NCBI GenBank assembly: GCA_000165425.1
Contig: CT868669.1
Location: 1-64,000, forward strand
Reading direction: 5' to 3'
Length of the DNA: 64,000 nt
From: Paramecium tetraurelia
Lineage: Eukaryota
A program made the position numbers and the translations under genes. Below the pieces are notes generated by a model. That model was not told the DNA's origin. It did no database searches and worked only from the letters and a program-made list of their open reading frames with translations. Positions 25,501-38,965 of the stretch are shown here, in pieces. Numbering within the stretch: the stretch's first letter is position 1; every line of letters begins with the position of its first letter.

Positions 25501-28500
25501 TAAATAAGATTACTTTTATATGTGATATCCGTTAGTTGAATTGTTTATTCAAAGACACTATTAAAAAATAACTGCTTAAGATTATGAACTGGTAATGGTT
25601 CTAAAATTATCCCTTGAATATAAACCTTTTTGAAGTTCACAATTGATATAATTTTATCATATTAAAAAATTGTATTTCCATATCCATAAAGTTCCAGTTT
25701 AACATTTCTAAATTATAGAATATCAAATACATGGCAGAAAAAATATTTTAACTGAATTATTGTTTAATACTTTTATTATTTTTGATAACACATGTTTGTG
25801 GTTCAAAACTAAAAATTCTGATTAGAATTGATTTGATTGCCTACTCATTGGCCATCTGATAAAATTCTCGTTATTCAAACTAAAAATTGAACAAAAACTT
25901 ACTTGTTAAAAACTGGAAGTGGAAAATAAATCATCTATTAATATATTGGATTATTTAAAAGTTTTCACATCTTCCTCTCTCCATAAAGATTGTAACTATT
26001 AATAATATTATTCTTGTGAACAATGCAAAAACAAATTTATCTACATTTCTTTCATACACGGACCCAAATCACAATCCACGTACATTTTTAAATCTGTATC
26101 ATAATATGCTTTTTAATTTTATAAACACTGATTAGAATAGTAATGAAATTCTAAATTATCAAAGACTGGATTAATTAATTTTATTTCATCTTAGTCTCTT
26201 TCCCTACAAAACACACAATGTCCAGGACATTAAATACATTAATTATTGTATAAACTTAAGCTTCTTTTGCCTCGAATTTATGGGCATTGAACACAAATAT
26301 TCTGATTATTGATAATTTTGCATTAAAGACAAGAATTAGGACAGACTTCTATACATTTGCCATTAAATATTTCGTATCCTTAAAGACAAAATTAACATAC
26401 AACCTCATAGTCGTCAGCATTTTAACTAAGTCCATGATCAATAAAAGAATGTTATTGCAAATCATCATCTATGATTAATCTATAATAAGCTCGAATCTGA
26501 TTCTTCCAATTATCCTTAGTTATTTTGTTTTATTAATAACAAATCTGACATTTCAGTTCTTAAGGGCAAGGTAGACAAAACCCAGTCAATTTTTCTGCGT
26601 AATATCCATTATTGCATTCAAGACATATATATGAAACTTTAATGAAAATTTAGCTAATTAGGCAAATGTGACAATTATAGTTCAAACAAGGACTTTCAGT
26701 AAGATAAGACATCGGTTCTCTATATGAAGTTACTTTCGGTCCAAATAAACAAACTTCTTAACTTAAAGAAATCATTGATACATAACTATAGAAACATTCA
26801 GTAGATTGTTGTGGCACACATTCATTAATATCTTAATTATAAGTTAAATTTGATTGGCATTGTCCACATACAATGTCCTTGGCAATAGGCTCTAAGTTTA
26901 ATTCATAATCTAAGGAATTAATTTTATAGTCATATTTTGACACTTCAAAAGCATAGAGACAATTTTTTATTGAATTTTCAAAGCAATTTTCCCCATCCAA
27001 AGAAATATAATATTTTTAATCATGTACACATTTCAAACATCTCAAAATCTGGTAATTGGAATCCTTTATTTGTTAAAATTTGCAAATCTAACAATTCTTG
27101 CCACATTTTACACAATCTCCTTCCTAGACCTCATATCCATCTGGACATTAGAGGCATTAATAAATTCCATTTTTTATCTGACATCTAATGCAAAAATTAG
27201 CACATACTATACAAGTATTTTCAGATAAATAATATCCGACAGCGCATTATAAGCAATCAGATGATTCATAATTAGATTTAATACAATTTGATATCGATTT
27301 CAAACACTTGTTATTTTAAAAATAATGGTCTTCCTTACACATGATATAAAAACTTTAAAATAAATGGGTTTCCTTTTCAATTTTAAAACAATTAGGAAAA
27401 TCATTTTAAGTGTTACAATAATCTTTGGCTCCCTCAATCAGTACTAAATTAGAAATATCATCAATTAAATAGACATCATAATTTAAAGAATTCCTCTATA
27501 CTAATCTATAACCTGTTTTCCCAGAATCATTGTCAACTACGAAATCCATTTTACAAACAGGTTTATAATGCCAGGTACTTGGATTAATAAGGCAATCAGC
27601 GCAAAGTATACCCACTTAGTTCTCTTGAGGACTATTTATATAGTGAAAGTAAATACCACTTAATACACTATTAGATTGTTGATAAGTAGAAATATCCAAC
27701 ACCACAATTAAAGCCGCTCTCAAAAATTGGAAGATCTAAGAAAAATATCAAAGGGAAAATCTCAGAGTAGGATTTACATTCACCTAGTTGTTCAATATAC
27801 CCTAATTAACATTAGCAAGTTTTTAAGTCTGCTGAGTATATTCTATTTTGCAGACCATAACATTATAAGCAATTTGTTGATAGTGGACCATCACATTTAT
27901 TGCATGTGTAATGACAACCTACTTAATATTAAATCATAGAAATACCAGTGTTCAATTCTGTATTGATTTCAAAATTATACTCAAATCTTACATTTGCCAA
28001 TTGACCTCTAAGTTTTGATAATATCGTACGATCACTACCAATAATTGCATAATATTTAGTGTTTATAAACAATCCTTATGCATTTTAATCAGGAAACTTC
28101 TCTTCGATTATAAGATTGGAAGATACAAAATTAAAAGACACTGTAGGTCCATTACGTTATTAGTAAAGAAATGATACCATATGCCATTATTATAGTTATT
28201 GATAATAGAATGATTCATCATCTCTAAATGTAAGTTTTTCCTAAAATTTTTAATTTATAGACCCGAACATTGGGGTAGAATACATATGTGATATTACATC
28301 ATAGCCACATTTCTGAGGTTGTGAAAGGTCTAAATCAACAGTGATCTTAGCCAGTTCATCTCCTAATCTTAATTCATCCCCATAATTCTTGAATATTGTA
28401 AGTCGAAGTAATAAATATGTTGTTGTAAAACTTGCCTATGAAAAATCATATTTAACCCAACCATAAAATTGAAAACTCTTGCCTACCTAATCTATCTACC

Positions 28501-29267
28501 TTATGATTTACGTATTTTCTTCGAAAAGTAGAACGTCTTCTATCAAATATATAGTTTATCCTCCATTTATGATTTGTGGAATTAAACAGTTCGCCTTAAC
28601 CCAATCAAAATCTAAAATAGATTAATCATTGTATGTTATTAATGTTGATAATCTCCCTCTGAATATACCTAGTTAATATTATTGGCGCACCTAAATTCAA
28701 ATATAATTAATTTACAATTCCAGTACCTCCAATTATGAAAAGAACTTTATTGTATTAAGGTATTTCAACTTGTATGTCATTATAATCAGTCGATACTGAA
28801 GTTTAGAATAATATGTTTTGGTATTAAATCGTAATCATGCTTAAGATCCATGTTCCTTCATAACTTTTAGCATCAAACCTGTATTCATAAATATTCTCTG
28901 AGTCTTCATTATTTATATGAAGACTATGAACAACTTAATTTTAATTCTCTCCAACAATAAAATCAACATACATAAACATTATCAAAGATGAGTCGACAGC
29001 GTCTGATCTCATCAAAAACAAAAGTTGTTAATATCTATTATCTTAAAACAGAACATCCTCAACGCTTGGATATCCATCCACTTCCCAAGATGGAATACAA
29101 AAACTCCAAAAAGCAAACGATTAGGATGAACCTAAAAATTCAACAGTCCCGATTTCAATTTGATGTTTAGGACTTAGCAAACTTTATTCGTAATCTGTAA
29201 ATGGACAACCCTAAACTATATACATGATTATTGAAATCATAAGTTATGCAACAATTCTAAAATTCAT
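19597..29267 (-). CDS. Giant transmembrane protein: signal peptide, LamG/ConA-like N-terminus, Cys-rich region, pectin-lyase-like beta-helix (GGA[IL] motifs), C-terminal multi-TM domain
   Basis: Starts MNFRIVAQLMISIIMYIVQG. Contains CHYTCNKCDGP, GGAIVFD, GGAILVIG, GGGIFMT, CSNGHIGALCEECD and SLDCFL, then FGYLYNEYK..FFWEIVKIVEK in the TM region. Ends SIVISSF-TGA. Spans two N gaps. Confidence 0.85.
22915..23064. other. Assembly gap (150 N)
   Basis: Run of N inside the 19597-29267 gene; the flanks look low quality. Confidence 0.99.
24776..24925. other. Assembly gap (150 N), probably false because the flanks overlap
   Basis: The 41 bp at 24576-24616 recur exactly at 24938-24978. Confidence 0.95.
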
Positions 29268-30319
29268 ATTTATACCAATCGAAGGATGCATATCGATTTA
29301 TTTAAATTAATAATATAATTTAAAAGGCATATAAGTGTAATCACTAAAGAAAAGATAAGTGCCATTTTACAGGAAAATTTAACGCTCAAAAATTGAATTG
29401 AATTTATTCGAAATCATCTTTAATAGTATTTATTCGGTTAAATGGGACTATAACATAACTATTTAAATTTCTATTCAACATGTTTATAATATTTAATATT
29501 AAATTTATATATAAAAATATTTTACAACATTTTATTTCCATAATTTACATAGATCACAATCTTTTTTTTAATTAAGTAAGTTACTTTTATTTCTTCTTAA
29601 TATTTCCTTGAATCTAAAAATGCTATGATATTTTTACTAATTACGTTCAAAAGCAACTCTGATGATATTTTTCTTTCAATAATTTAACAAATGATAATTT
29701 TATATTCAAGGGAAAACTATATTTTTCATCTTATCAAAGTTGCATTTATAAATAGCATCTATTTTCGTTAAAAAATAACAAATGTTATGTATATTCTTAT
29801 TGTATTAATTAAATGAGTTTTTAGTTATTAAAATTAGGGATATCGATTTGTTAGATATTCTATTTTAAATATTTTTATATTTATTTTATAATTTTTTTTT
29901 AATTTCTTCTTATGTTAATATACTAAGAGAAATCCTAGTATTTGAATGTAAATCCACACATAACAAGAGTCTTTAGATCTTACAAAACATACAATAAGCA
30001 ATACTTTTAATCTAATATCACAATAAAGGCTCATTTGTTTTTAATAGATAAGTTAGATGATTCCTCTTACTATTATCAAAACGCCTTTGTTATGTTGTAA
30101 TTAATAATTTACTAAAATTATTAGTATCAATCGAAAATTTTGGAATCTAATATTGTTGAGTAATTTTGAACATTTCTTTATGTTTTGTCTAATTTGAATA
30201 ATGCAAGCACTGAGTTATATAAAAAACTATTTAAAAATGAAATTAGTATTACAACCAAGGCAAAATAAAAACTTTAAAACTGTTGTTTTAATTATTAATA
30301 TAATGAAAAAGAATTGACA

Positions 30320-33300
30320 ATCATGAAACCAAATTAATTTCACCCCTCATGTAATTTATTTCAATAAAAAAGAGAGGATGATGTTGAATCTTTTGTATTT
30401 ACATTTTACTTCCTCCATCTTTCGATAAATTACTTTGATTTAATTTTGATTTGATGTACATATTTTATTAACGGCGCCATTATCCCTAATGATAAAAAGT
30501 CAATCTATCCAAATCCAATCAACACCTGAGAATCTAAACTCAAAAAATGCGNNNNNNNNNNNNNNNNNNNNNNNNNNNNNNNNNNNNNNNNNNNNNNNNN
30601 NNNNNNNNNNNNNNNNNNNNNNNNNNNNNNNNNNNNNNNNNNNNNNNNNNNNNNNNNNNNNNNNNNNNNNNNNNNNNNNNNNNNNNNNNNNNNNNNNNNN
30701 NTAACTTCAAAAAATGCGCGTAAGTTTCTTCAATAACAAATTATTTAGTAGAGTAAAAAAAAATAACTGGTATTTCAAAAATCAATATTATCATTAAATC
30801 AAATCTTTTCGTTGACCATTTTACCTAAAACAATAATTGTTATATAGGAAGAATTTATCAATGATAGCAAAATTGATTGCGTTAATTAGCTTTTTTAAGC
30901 TTCAATTAATACTAAAACAAATAAAAACTTTTTAGCAACTATCAAGCCTTCATGCGAATAATGTTTCCTTTTCTTCAATTCCATTTATGAATCTTTTATT
31001 GAAAATATGGAGGAAATTAATATTAAAATACTAATTAAAAAGGAGTATGCAAGCATGTTTGATAATCTATTTCTTAAATTACTCTCCTTTTCAGAAAAGA
31101 GATACAAAAGAGTCTTAAAAAGTAGGTCCCAACTATTAGCTTTGATGAGATAAATAATCCCCTTAATTGATATCATTTAATAAATCCCAAAGCTTAATTG
31201 ATTAAGTTTATGAATCAAAAAGGCCAATTTTTAAGGAAGAAAAGACTTCTAATTGTTGTAAATGAATGCTCTGAATTAGTTATAAAAATTGTTAAAAAGA
31301 ATCTTTAAATAAATCTTGGAAATAACAAAAAATAGTAAGGCCATAAAAACTTATACAATCAATCCTGATATGTTAGTGATTAAATCTGAATTCACATCAT
31401 AAAATAGAAACTTTCCAAATGCTGGCATATAGTCCTACCCTATTACACCATCAAAAAAATTGAGAAGCTTTAATTTTTCCAAAATTGGCCTGATAGTTAC
31501 TACTTCTGAAGATTCAAAATAAATCATGACATTCTCTGGAAAATTCGAATTTATGTATTTTAGATTAGCTTAATACTACATCGTATCTAAGACCTCAAAA
31601 CATTCAACAGGGTTACCAGACAGTAAAATAAAAAAGCTAGCTACACCAAGGCCAATGAGTATATACATGTTTAATTAGCTCATTTTATGGGATACTATCC
31701 TTTATTACTCGCTTAAGACAATAGGGTTCTTTAATCGTAATTTGCAAAATTAATTTTCTACTTAGAATCCAAAATCATCAATTAATAGTGTATCTAATTA
31801 AACTTAAAAGTAAATCTCTGTTGTTACTTGCTTTAGCAATTTTATCTAAAACAAGTAATTAATATCTTATAAAAAAGTAGCATTTGGTTCAACTACTACT
31901 TATGAATAGATCATATAATACAAGGGATTTACATCAACAAGAAAGGTCTTTAAATTTTTTGTCAAGTTTTAATAAGAATTTTGTAATTTGACTTTGCTCG
32001 TAATTTATAGTTATATAAATTGTGAGTCATAAGTTTGATTTATGAATAATAGATTGAAATGAGGAGGTTTGGTCTCAACGCACTAGCTTGTTTGAAAATT
32101 TATCTATGTGCATGCCCAATTAATCTCAATTTCGCAATTGTCAGAACAACCATCATGAGAAATTTGATTAAAATCATCGCATTCCTCAATTTCTTACTTA
32201 GAACCATCCCCACATATTCCAATACATAAATTATTCTTGATTTGATAACCGTCATCACATTATAAACATTATCCATTATCGCAATCATAGCAATTCAATG
32301 GACAAGAAAATTAACATTAATAACACCCATCAAAGGGGATTTCATTATCATCATCACATTACTCATTAGATGCAATTATTAGATCTCCACAAATTGTAAG
32401 GCATTGACTATCAATTAAGTAATATCCATCTTCTTCACATTATTATATTTGAATATCCATACAGTTTTATTGATCACATATTTAACAATTTTCTTTGCAT
32501 GAAAATTAGCATTAATGACAACCATCATATTCAATATCATTGCCGTCATCGCATTATTCAAATCCTTCGATAACTATTCCATCTCCACATAGAGGAGTGC
32601 AAACTTTATTTTAAAGTTCAAAATACTTCTAACATTAGAAACAACCTAAATTTTGGTTACAAAATTGACAATTTTAAGAGCACTCAAATTTACATTCAAA
32701 ACATCCGTCATTTTTTTCATTATTTTAATCATCACATTATTCATATTAAAGCAAAGCGATTATACCATCTCCACACTCTGAGAAACATTTAAAGTTAACT
32801 AAATTCCAGCCTTCCATGCATTTAAAACATTAAGAACTATTACATTCTAAGCATTCTAATTGGCAACTGCTTTAGCATTAATAGCATCCATCAAACATCT
32901 GTAAGTTAGCATCATCGCATGATTCATATTCTTAAGTTACTCCATTTCCACAAATGGGTATACATAAGAGATTTTGAGATAATTCAAAAAGATCATCGCA
33001 AATTTAACATTAATTTTAAAAGGAAATTTTACAATTTTGAGGCTATTCAAAAGGACACAACTAATATTAATAAGCAAAGATTCCATAATTTATTATGCTA
33101 CATTAATTAATGTCATACAAGGGTTGTAATTCTGTTTATATTAATACATGTTGCATATAGATATTACTTATGAAATTAGAAATTTAACAATAATATCCTT
33201 CTTCTTTTTAAGTTGAATAATAACTTAAGTTTTCACTTTCATTTTGAAAACAAATAAATTTACATTGATTGCCAATTAATTAATATGATGGGTTGCAATT

Positions 33301-34748
33301 CAAACAATTTCCAAATTAACAAATATTACAATTTAAAGGGCAAGAAAACTAGCACTCATAGCACCCATCATAAGGCTATTAGTTTCCATCGTCACATTAT
33401 TCTCCAGAGACTACTATTTAATCTCCACATTTAGCCTTACATTATCCTGAAATTGTATTCAATGTCCAATGAGATAAACATTAAGTACAAAGACCCTTGA
33501 TACATTAATTGCAACCTTCATTACAATCATAAATTTAGGAAAAGCAACCATCAAATGCATAAATATTATCATCATTGCAAATAATTTCCTCATTAAATAC
33601 TTACTTTTCTGCATCAGTAAAAACTTCAAAATCTCTAATACCAAAAAAGTGAGTGCTGTCTGCTGGATCAGGAGATTCAACAATTTATATTGTAAGAGTC
33701 AAAGTTTAGTCGCTGTTTACAATTTCTCCTAAAAAAATTTTATCTAATCTAAATTAAGGACCACAAATAATATCATTATTAGTAATTTTTGGAACAGAAA
33801 GTATGGCATTATAAATTTCTACTCCATTAGCCTCAGATCTCATAACAATAGATCCAGTCACAAATGCGCATAGAAATTTAAACTACATCCTAACTTTTGT
33901 GTGTGGATCAGATAAGTATAAAACAATTTAGAGTATTTTGCTCATCTAAAATTTACCATAATAATGAAAGCCTAAATATATTTTTCATGTACTTCCGCAC
34001 TCTTAAATCCCATTAAATAGAGCATAATCACTTTTCCATCCCTCTCCATCTGTTAAAACGATTTTATTAAAAAATATTAGCATTCTGTTCCAATTTTAAC
34101 AGTTTCCACTTATATCACAGTAATCACATCCTTTTGGACACTTATAGACAAATAATACGAAATCGGAAATTCCCCAAGATGCTGTAACTTGCAGAGAAAT
34201 AATTGTAATTATAGCACTGTTACCATTATGACTTATGGTGTCACTAATTGAATAAACTTATCCAACAGTACCACTACCACAAATTTGAGTTCCTGTTGAT
34301 GTGTTTGGTCCGTCTTTGTATGCTTAGTATCCATCTATAAAAAAAATGTAAAATGATCCACTCCAGGGATCAAGTCTAAAATCAGTATGATGATGTACCT
34401 CCAGAACTTAAAATCAAACTACAGCTTATAATGAGGAGGTAAAATAAAAGTCTTTGTAATTGCTGTTTGATGATTAAAAACTGATGGACCTCCAAAAATC
34501 AATGAAGTTCCACAATCAGTAATATGATTAGACGACATGGTCTAGTATGACTTCCAATCTAATTTAATATTGAGAAAATTACTGTCATCTGAATTAAAGG
34601 GAGTGAAAAAGGATCTGCTAATTTCAGTCTGTGCCAAAGTATGAGGACATATTTGGTTTTGTAAAAAGAGATTTATAAAAATAATAAGACTTAGTATGGA
34701 TTGTGGCACATTTTTTGCGTAGTATGTGAACTATGATAAACAAAGCAT
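30320..34748 (-). CDS. Cys-rich transmembrane protein with Myxococcus-type Cys-rich repeats (DUF4215-like)
   Basis: Starts MLCLSQFTYY. The N-terminal domain has CG..IFGG..LPPHY..WGISDF. Repeated CGDxIxxxxEQCDDGNxxxxDGC units at 33.4-32.1 kb, then TM segments (LLSGNPVECFEVLDTMQYQANLKYINSNFPENV). The 3' end crosses a gap and poor sequence, so the stop position is uncertain. Confidence 0.85.
30552..30701. other. Assembly gap (150 N) with overlapping flanks
   Basis: tcaaaaaatgcg occurs on both sides of the gap. Confidence 0.95.
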
Positions 34749-35699
34749 GTGAGGTATTTTTAAAATTAATAACGAAAGAAGTTTGCATTAATTAGAATTA
34801 AAATTGATTCATAATTAAATATATCTTTTATTAACATTTTAATTAGATCATTTATATTACATGTTAGACGATAATTATTATTATTTTAGAATTAGATAAT
34901 AAATTTTTTTGATTTAATTCATTTCTTGCAAAAATCAAAATTTATCTTCTGACTTTTTCGAGATGGGAAAATCAATTATATATTTAGTAATTTTATAATA
35001 TTTTGATATTTAAGTAAAAGCTGCCTTGAATGCTTAAAAGTCATTCTAATCTCGCACTGTAACCTATAATAATTTTAAATGTATTTTATTCTGTTTATAA
35101 ATATTATAGAAACCATTTTGTATCTCGTTTTAAATGTTTTGTTTATTCATTATAAATTTATTTTACCCAACTAATGATTCGATTCTTAACTCTATTTAAT
35201 GCACTTTCTAACTTCTAAATTACATGAGGACTTCTATATAAAATATGATAATTGGATGAACAAGAAGAGTTTCTTATTCTAAAGCAGTGGCTTTAATTTA
35301 AGAAAAAATTTGATTTTACTTAAACCTTTCTTCATCCCTAATATTATTTATGTCTATAAATAATTGATCCAATTATCGTTTCATTTTTGTGAATTAAATA
35401 TTCAATTATTTTTCTAATATATAATTCTCCTCATCCTCAAGACAAGGGCATTATAATATACTTGTAAAATAGTTAATAATACTTAGAAATTTCGATTAAT
35501 ATTGGGGTATTCAAGAATTACTTTTAAATAATATTTAAAATTTTATTGTTGTTTTATTAACAGTTATTTATTTCTGTTTATAAATGTTTGAATACTTATT
35601 TATTTATTAAAGAATAATTCAGTCAAAAATAATTTCGATAGATTCAATAGATATTTAATATTTATTCAATGAATTAATTTAGTCAGATATACTATGCAT

Positions 35700-37320
35700 A
35701 AAATTATTTTTTGGAAATATTGATCTTACACTCATAAATGAAGGATTATATAAATAAAAAGGAAAATATTGTTTTTATGGAATGCAACATGAAGGAGATT
35801 TCTTTATTCACTATTTAAAATGGTTATCTTAGGTACACTCTTTAAAATAGTTTAATCAATATTTTGTATATCAACTTCAATATAATATAAATGTCTAATC
35901 AATGATATTAAAATTCCCTAAAATTATATTTGATCTTGAGTAGGTCAAACATTTATAAAGGGAAGGAGAAATAGGAGACTAGGAATAATGTATAGGGGGT
36001 TGGAAGGCAAAATGGAAAGGTCAAAATTTAACGTGGGTGGATTTTATAATGAATTTGAATTAAGATTGGAAAGTGGTCAGAATTAGAAAATAATACGTTA
36101 TTCAAGTATATAAATTTAATATAAAGCTTGAATATTGCTTTTTGGATTGGAAATTATAATAATGGTAAAAAAATTGGAGATTGAGATGCAGTTTGTAAAG
36201 AAATTAATGGCATATTGACTTTATGCCTCTGTAAAAATGATTTTAAAGTTAAGTGGAGGTGGAAATTACGAAAATGATGGAGTGAAAAACTGGATATTGG
36301 GACACAAACCAGCGGTACTGATGTGTTAAATATTGATGCTTTAATTTACCAATTAATAATATTCTGAGAAAATATTGTACTTCAAATTTGAGTTTTAATT
36401 AGTAGCATATTTGCAGTCAAGTTTGGGCAATATTCAAATGGGACCAAAATTGGAAAAATGGATAATAGAGTATACGGATGAAATCATGTATTTTAATATG
36501 TTATTTAAGTGGAGGAGGATATTATGATGAATAAGGATAAAATATTGGCAATTGGGTTGAAGTTCATGAAAATTTTAATTGGTACATTTTTAATTAATTT
36601 CTAATTCACTTTGAAATTACTTTTCATTGATTTAATAAAAATGGGAAAAGGAATAGGTATAGGCAATATTTTACTAATTGAAAATACTTATGTATGAATA
36701 TATGTAATCCAAAGGGGACAAGGCATGTTTGATGAGAATTGAGTTAAATAGGCAAAATGGATAGAGTTAATTTAGAACTTTTGGTAGTTTTTATTTCAAA
36801 ATTTATCCTAGTTCGTGTTCAATTACTAAAGAAGAATAATATAAAAATGGAAAAAGACTAGGACTCTGGAATACTATTTATAGCAATAAAATTATCTTAA
36901 TATATATTTTAAAATATTTATAAGTACTGGAGGAATTTGTAATGAGTTAGAATAAAAGTATGGTATATGGAGATATTTGCACGACAATTTCAGCTGGTAT
37001 GATTGTTTAATAATTTCGCTTTTGCGGAATATCTTATGAATGTAATATTAGTCAGGTATCAAAGTTGGATACTAGAAAACAGTTGTCTAATTTGAGCAGC
37101 ATTTGTAAGAGATTAATTTAAAAATAATTTAGTGTAGGTGGAAATTATGATGAGAAAGGTATAAGAATGGCATATGGACTGATTTAGATGAAAATTTTTT
37201 GATAGAAATTTTGGCTCATCTTTTGTTTAATATATACAAAATTATGAATATGGTTTAAAACAAGGGGAGTTGAAAAAAAAATTGATGAAATTTTAACTAT
37301 TGATAATATTTTTTTCTAAT
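35700..37320 (+). pseudogene. Pseudogene of the Paramecium-expanded MORN-like (GGGxYDxxGxKxGxWxE) repeat family
   Basis: Fragments DLEQVKHLQ.EG..GGWKAKWKG, GGGNYENDGVK, GGGYYDEQGQNIGNWVEVHENF and GGNYDEKG. Interrupted by frameshifts, TGA codons and broken intron acceptors. Confidence 0.7.
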
Positions 37321-37841
37321 GATTTCCCCTTTAAGTTTACTTCATATTTCTTTTAGCTGTTACCCTTATTTGAAATTACAGAATAAAGCTATTTAGAATT
37401 CACATTTATTGGATGATAATCAAATTCCTCTATAGCTTTACTAATAATTACAAATAAATCTCTACTAAATACATGCCTTTAAATTATCAATAATGGATAT
37501 AAATTATTCTTAATTTTGGTGGCATTTTTAATATAACCACTTTAACTTACAACTCTCTTATAATTAAATTACAACTTTATTATATGGATAAAATTTGTAA
37601 TTCTATTTCTTATTTAATTAAGTAATAATATTTTTTAATTTTTGCATCGAAAATTTTATTGTTATCAGGCTATTAATATCGTATTTTGATGAATAATTGA
37701 ATTAATAAGTTAGAGGAAGCACATGTAAAAATTAGAACAAATCTATATTTTCTTGATTTAATATTACATGTTTTTATAATCAAGATAATATTATAATTAT
37801 AATCTTTAAAATCAATCTCAAATATTAACACACACATATTA

Positions 37842-38602
37842 TCACTCCAAAAAGGGCAACAACGTATTGTAAAATAGCAATAAATTGGCTACTATGAATT
37901 GATCCTTTTATAATCGAAATTTTCCATTTAGAATTTAAAATAAGCTAATTACCTGTGATGTTGCAAATCCAAGATACAAAAAAAATACAAAAATATAAAA
38001 AATCATTACTGAAAACTCATTTTTAACACAAAAATCATTTAGACAATTTTAGAAATTAAACGATAGAGATATGAAAATAATTGATATTATCAAAGGAAAT
38101 ATCATTGATGATACTAAAGTTTCTAAATTAGTGAATTTTATTACATTTAATAGTCGGATCTTCGTAAAACGTAAAGTAAACTCCCATTATAAAATAAGAG
38201 GATAATAGACAAATATAGAGTAAAATGATTCCAAATATTAGAATTGAATTGTAAAATAATCTTACTCCGAAAACACAGATAGATGAGGTAACTATTGTTG
38301 TATATAGAAGAATAAATAAAACTTCTTTGAATAAAGTCTAATTATCTATTGTTTATTACATTCCTAATTTATGGTTTTGATTTTATTATCTGCAATAATA
38401 GTAACTAAGCTATTATTAGAAAAATAAACATTGGTATGGCAAAGGATAGCTTCAAATCTTTGATATTTTAAGAATAAGCACAAACTAAAGCAATTGCAAG
38501 TTCTAAGCCAGTTTAGCAAAAGCAAATCAACATCAAAAGAACCAAAAATTTCCTTTTATCTTAGTTTGAAATCAAAGATTGACACTAAGGCTATTATGCC
38601 AT
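37842..38602 (-). CDS. Multi-pass membrane protein of about 238 aa, weakly Bax inhibitor-1/TMBIM-like
   Basis: Open frame after removing 22-nt introns at 38338-38359 and 38123-38144. About 7 hydrophobic segments. C-terminus ILNGKFRLQKDQFIVANLLLFYNTLLPFLE*. Confidence 0.75.
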
Positions 38603-38965
38603 ATATTCAACTAAAATGGCTTAATGTTTTACTTGAAATAGGAATTTCAGGGGGTCCAATAATTAATTCTTAATTTTGTAATATTGGTTAATACATTAAA
38701 TGATTGATAATGTCTTACAAAAATTAAAATTAAGTATTAAGTTATTGTTTTTTTATTATTCTTGATGACATATATTACTTTCAGAAAACCTCAAAAAACT
38801 CAAAGCAAAAATGAACTTTAATCATACTGAAAATGAGGATATTTTCTAAGTATTCTAAAAACCAAGATTAATTTGTAGCTTTACAATAAAATAAAATATA
38901 CTTTACTCATTGATATCTATGTTGATAATGTAAAAAATATAAGGATATAGAGAATTAAATTTATT

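Noticed and set aside
29268..29365. Upstream ATG at 29365 (-) as the start of the giant gene
   Set aside because: It is not in frame without invoking a 19-nt intron, which still gives the wrong frame. The ATG at 29267 gives a clean signal peptide.
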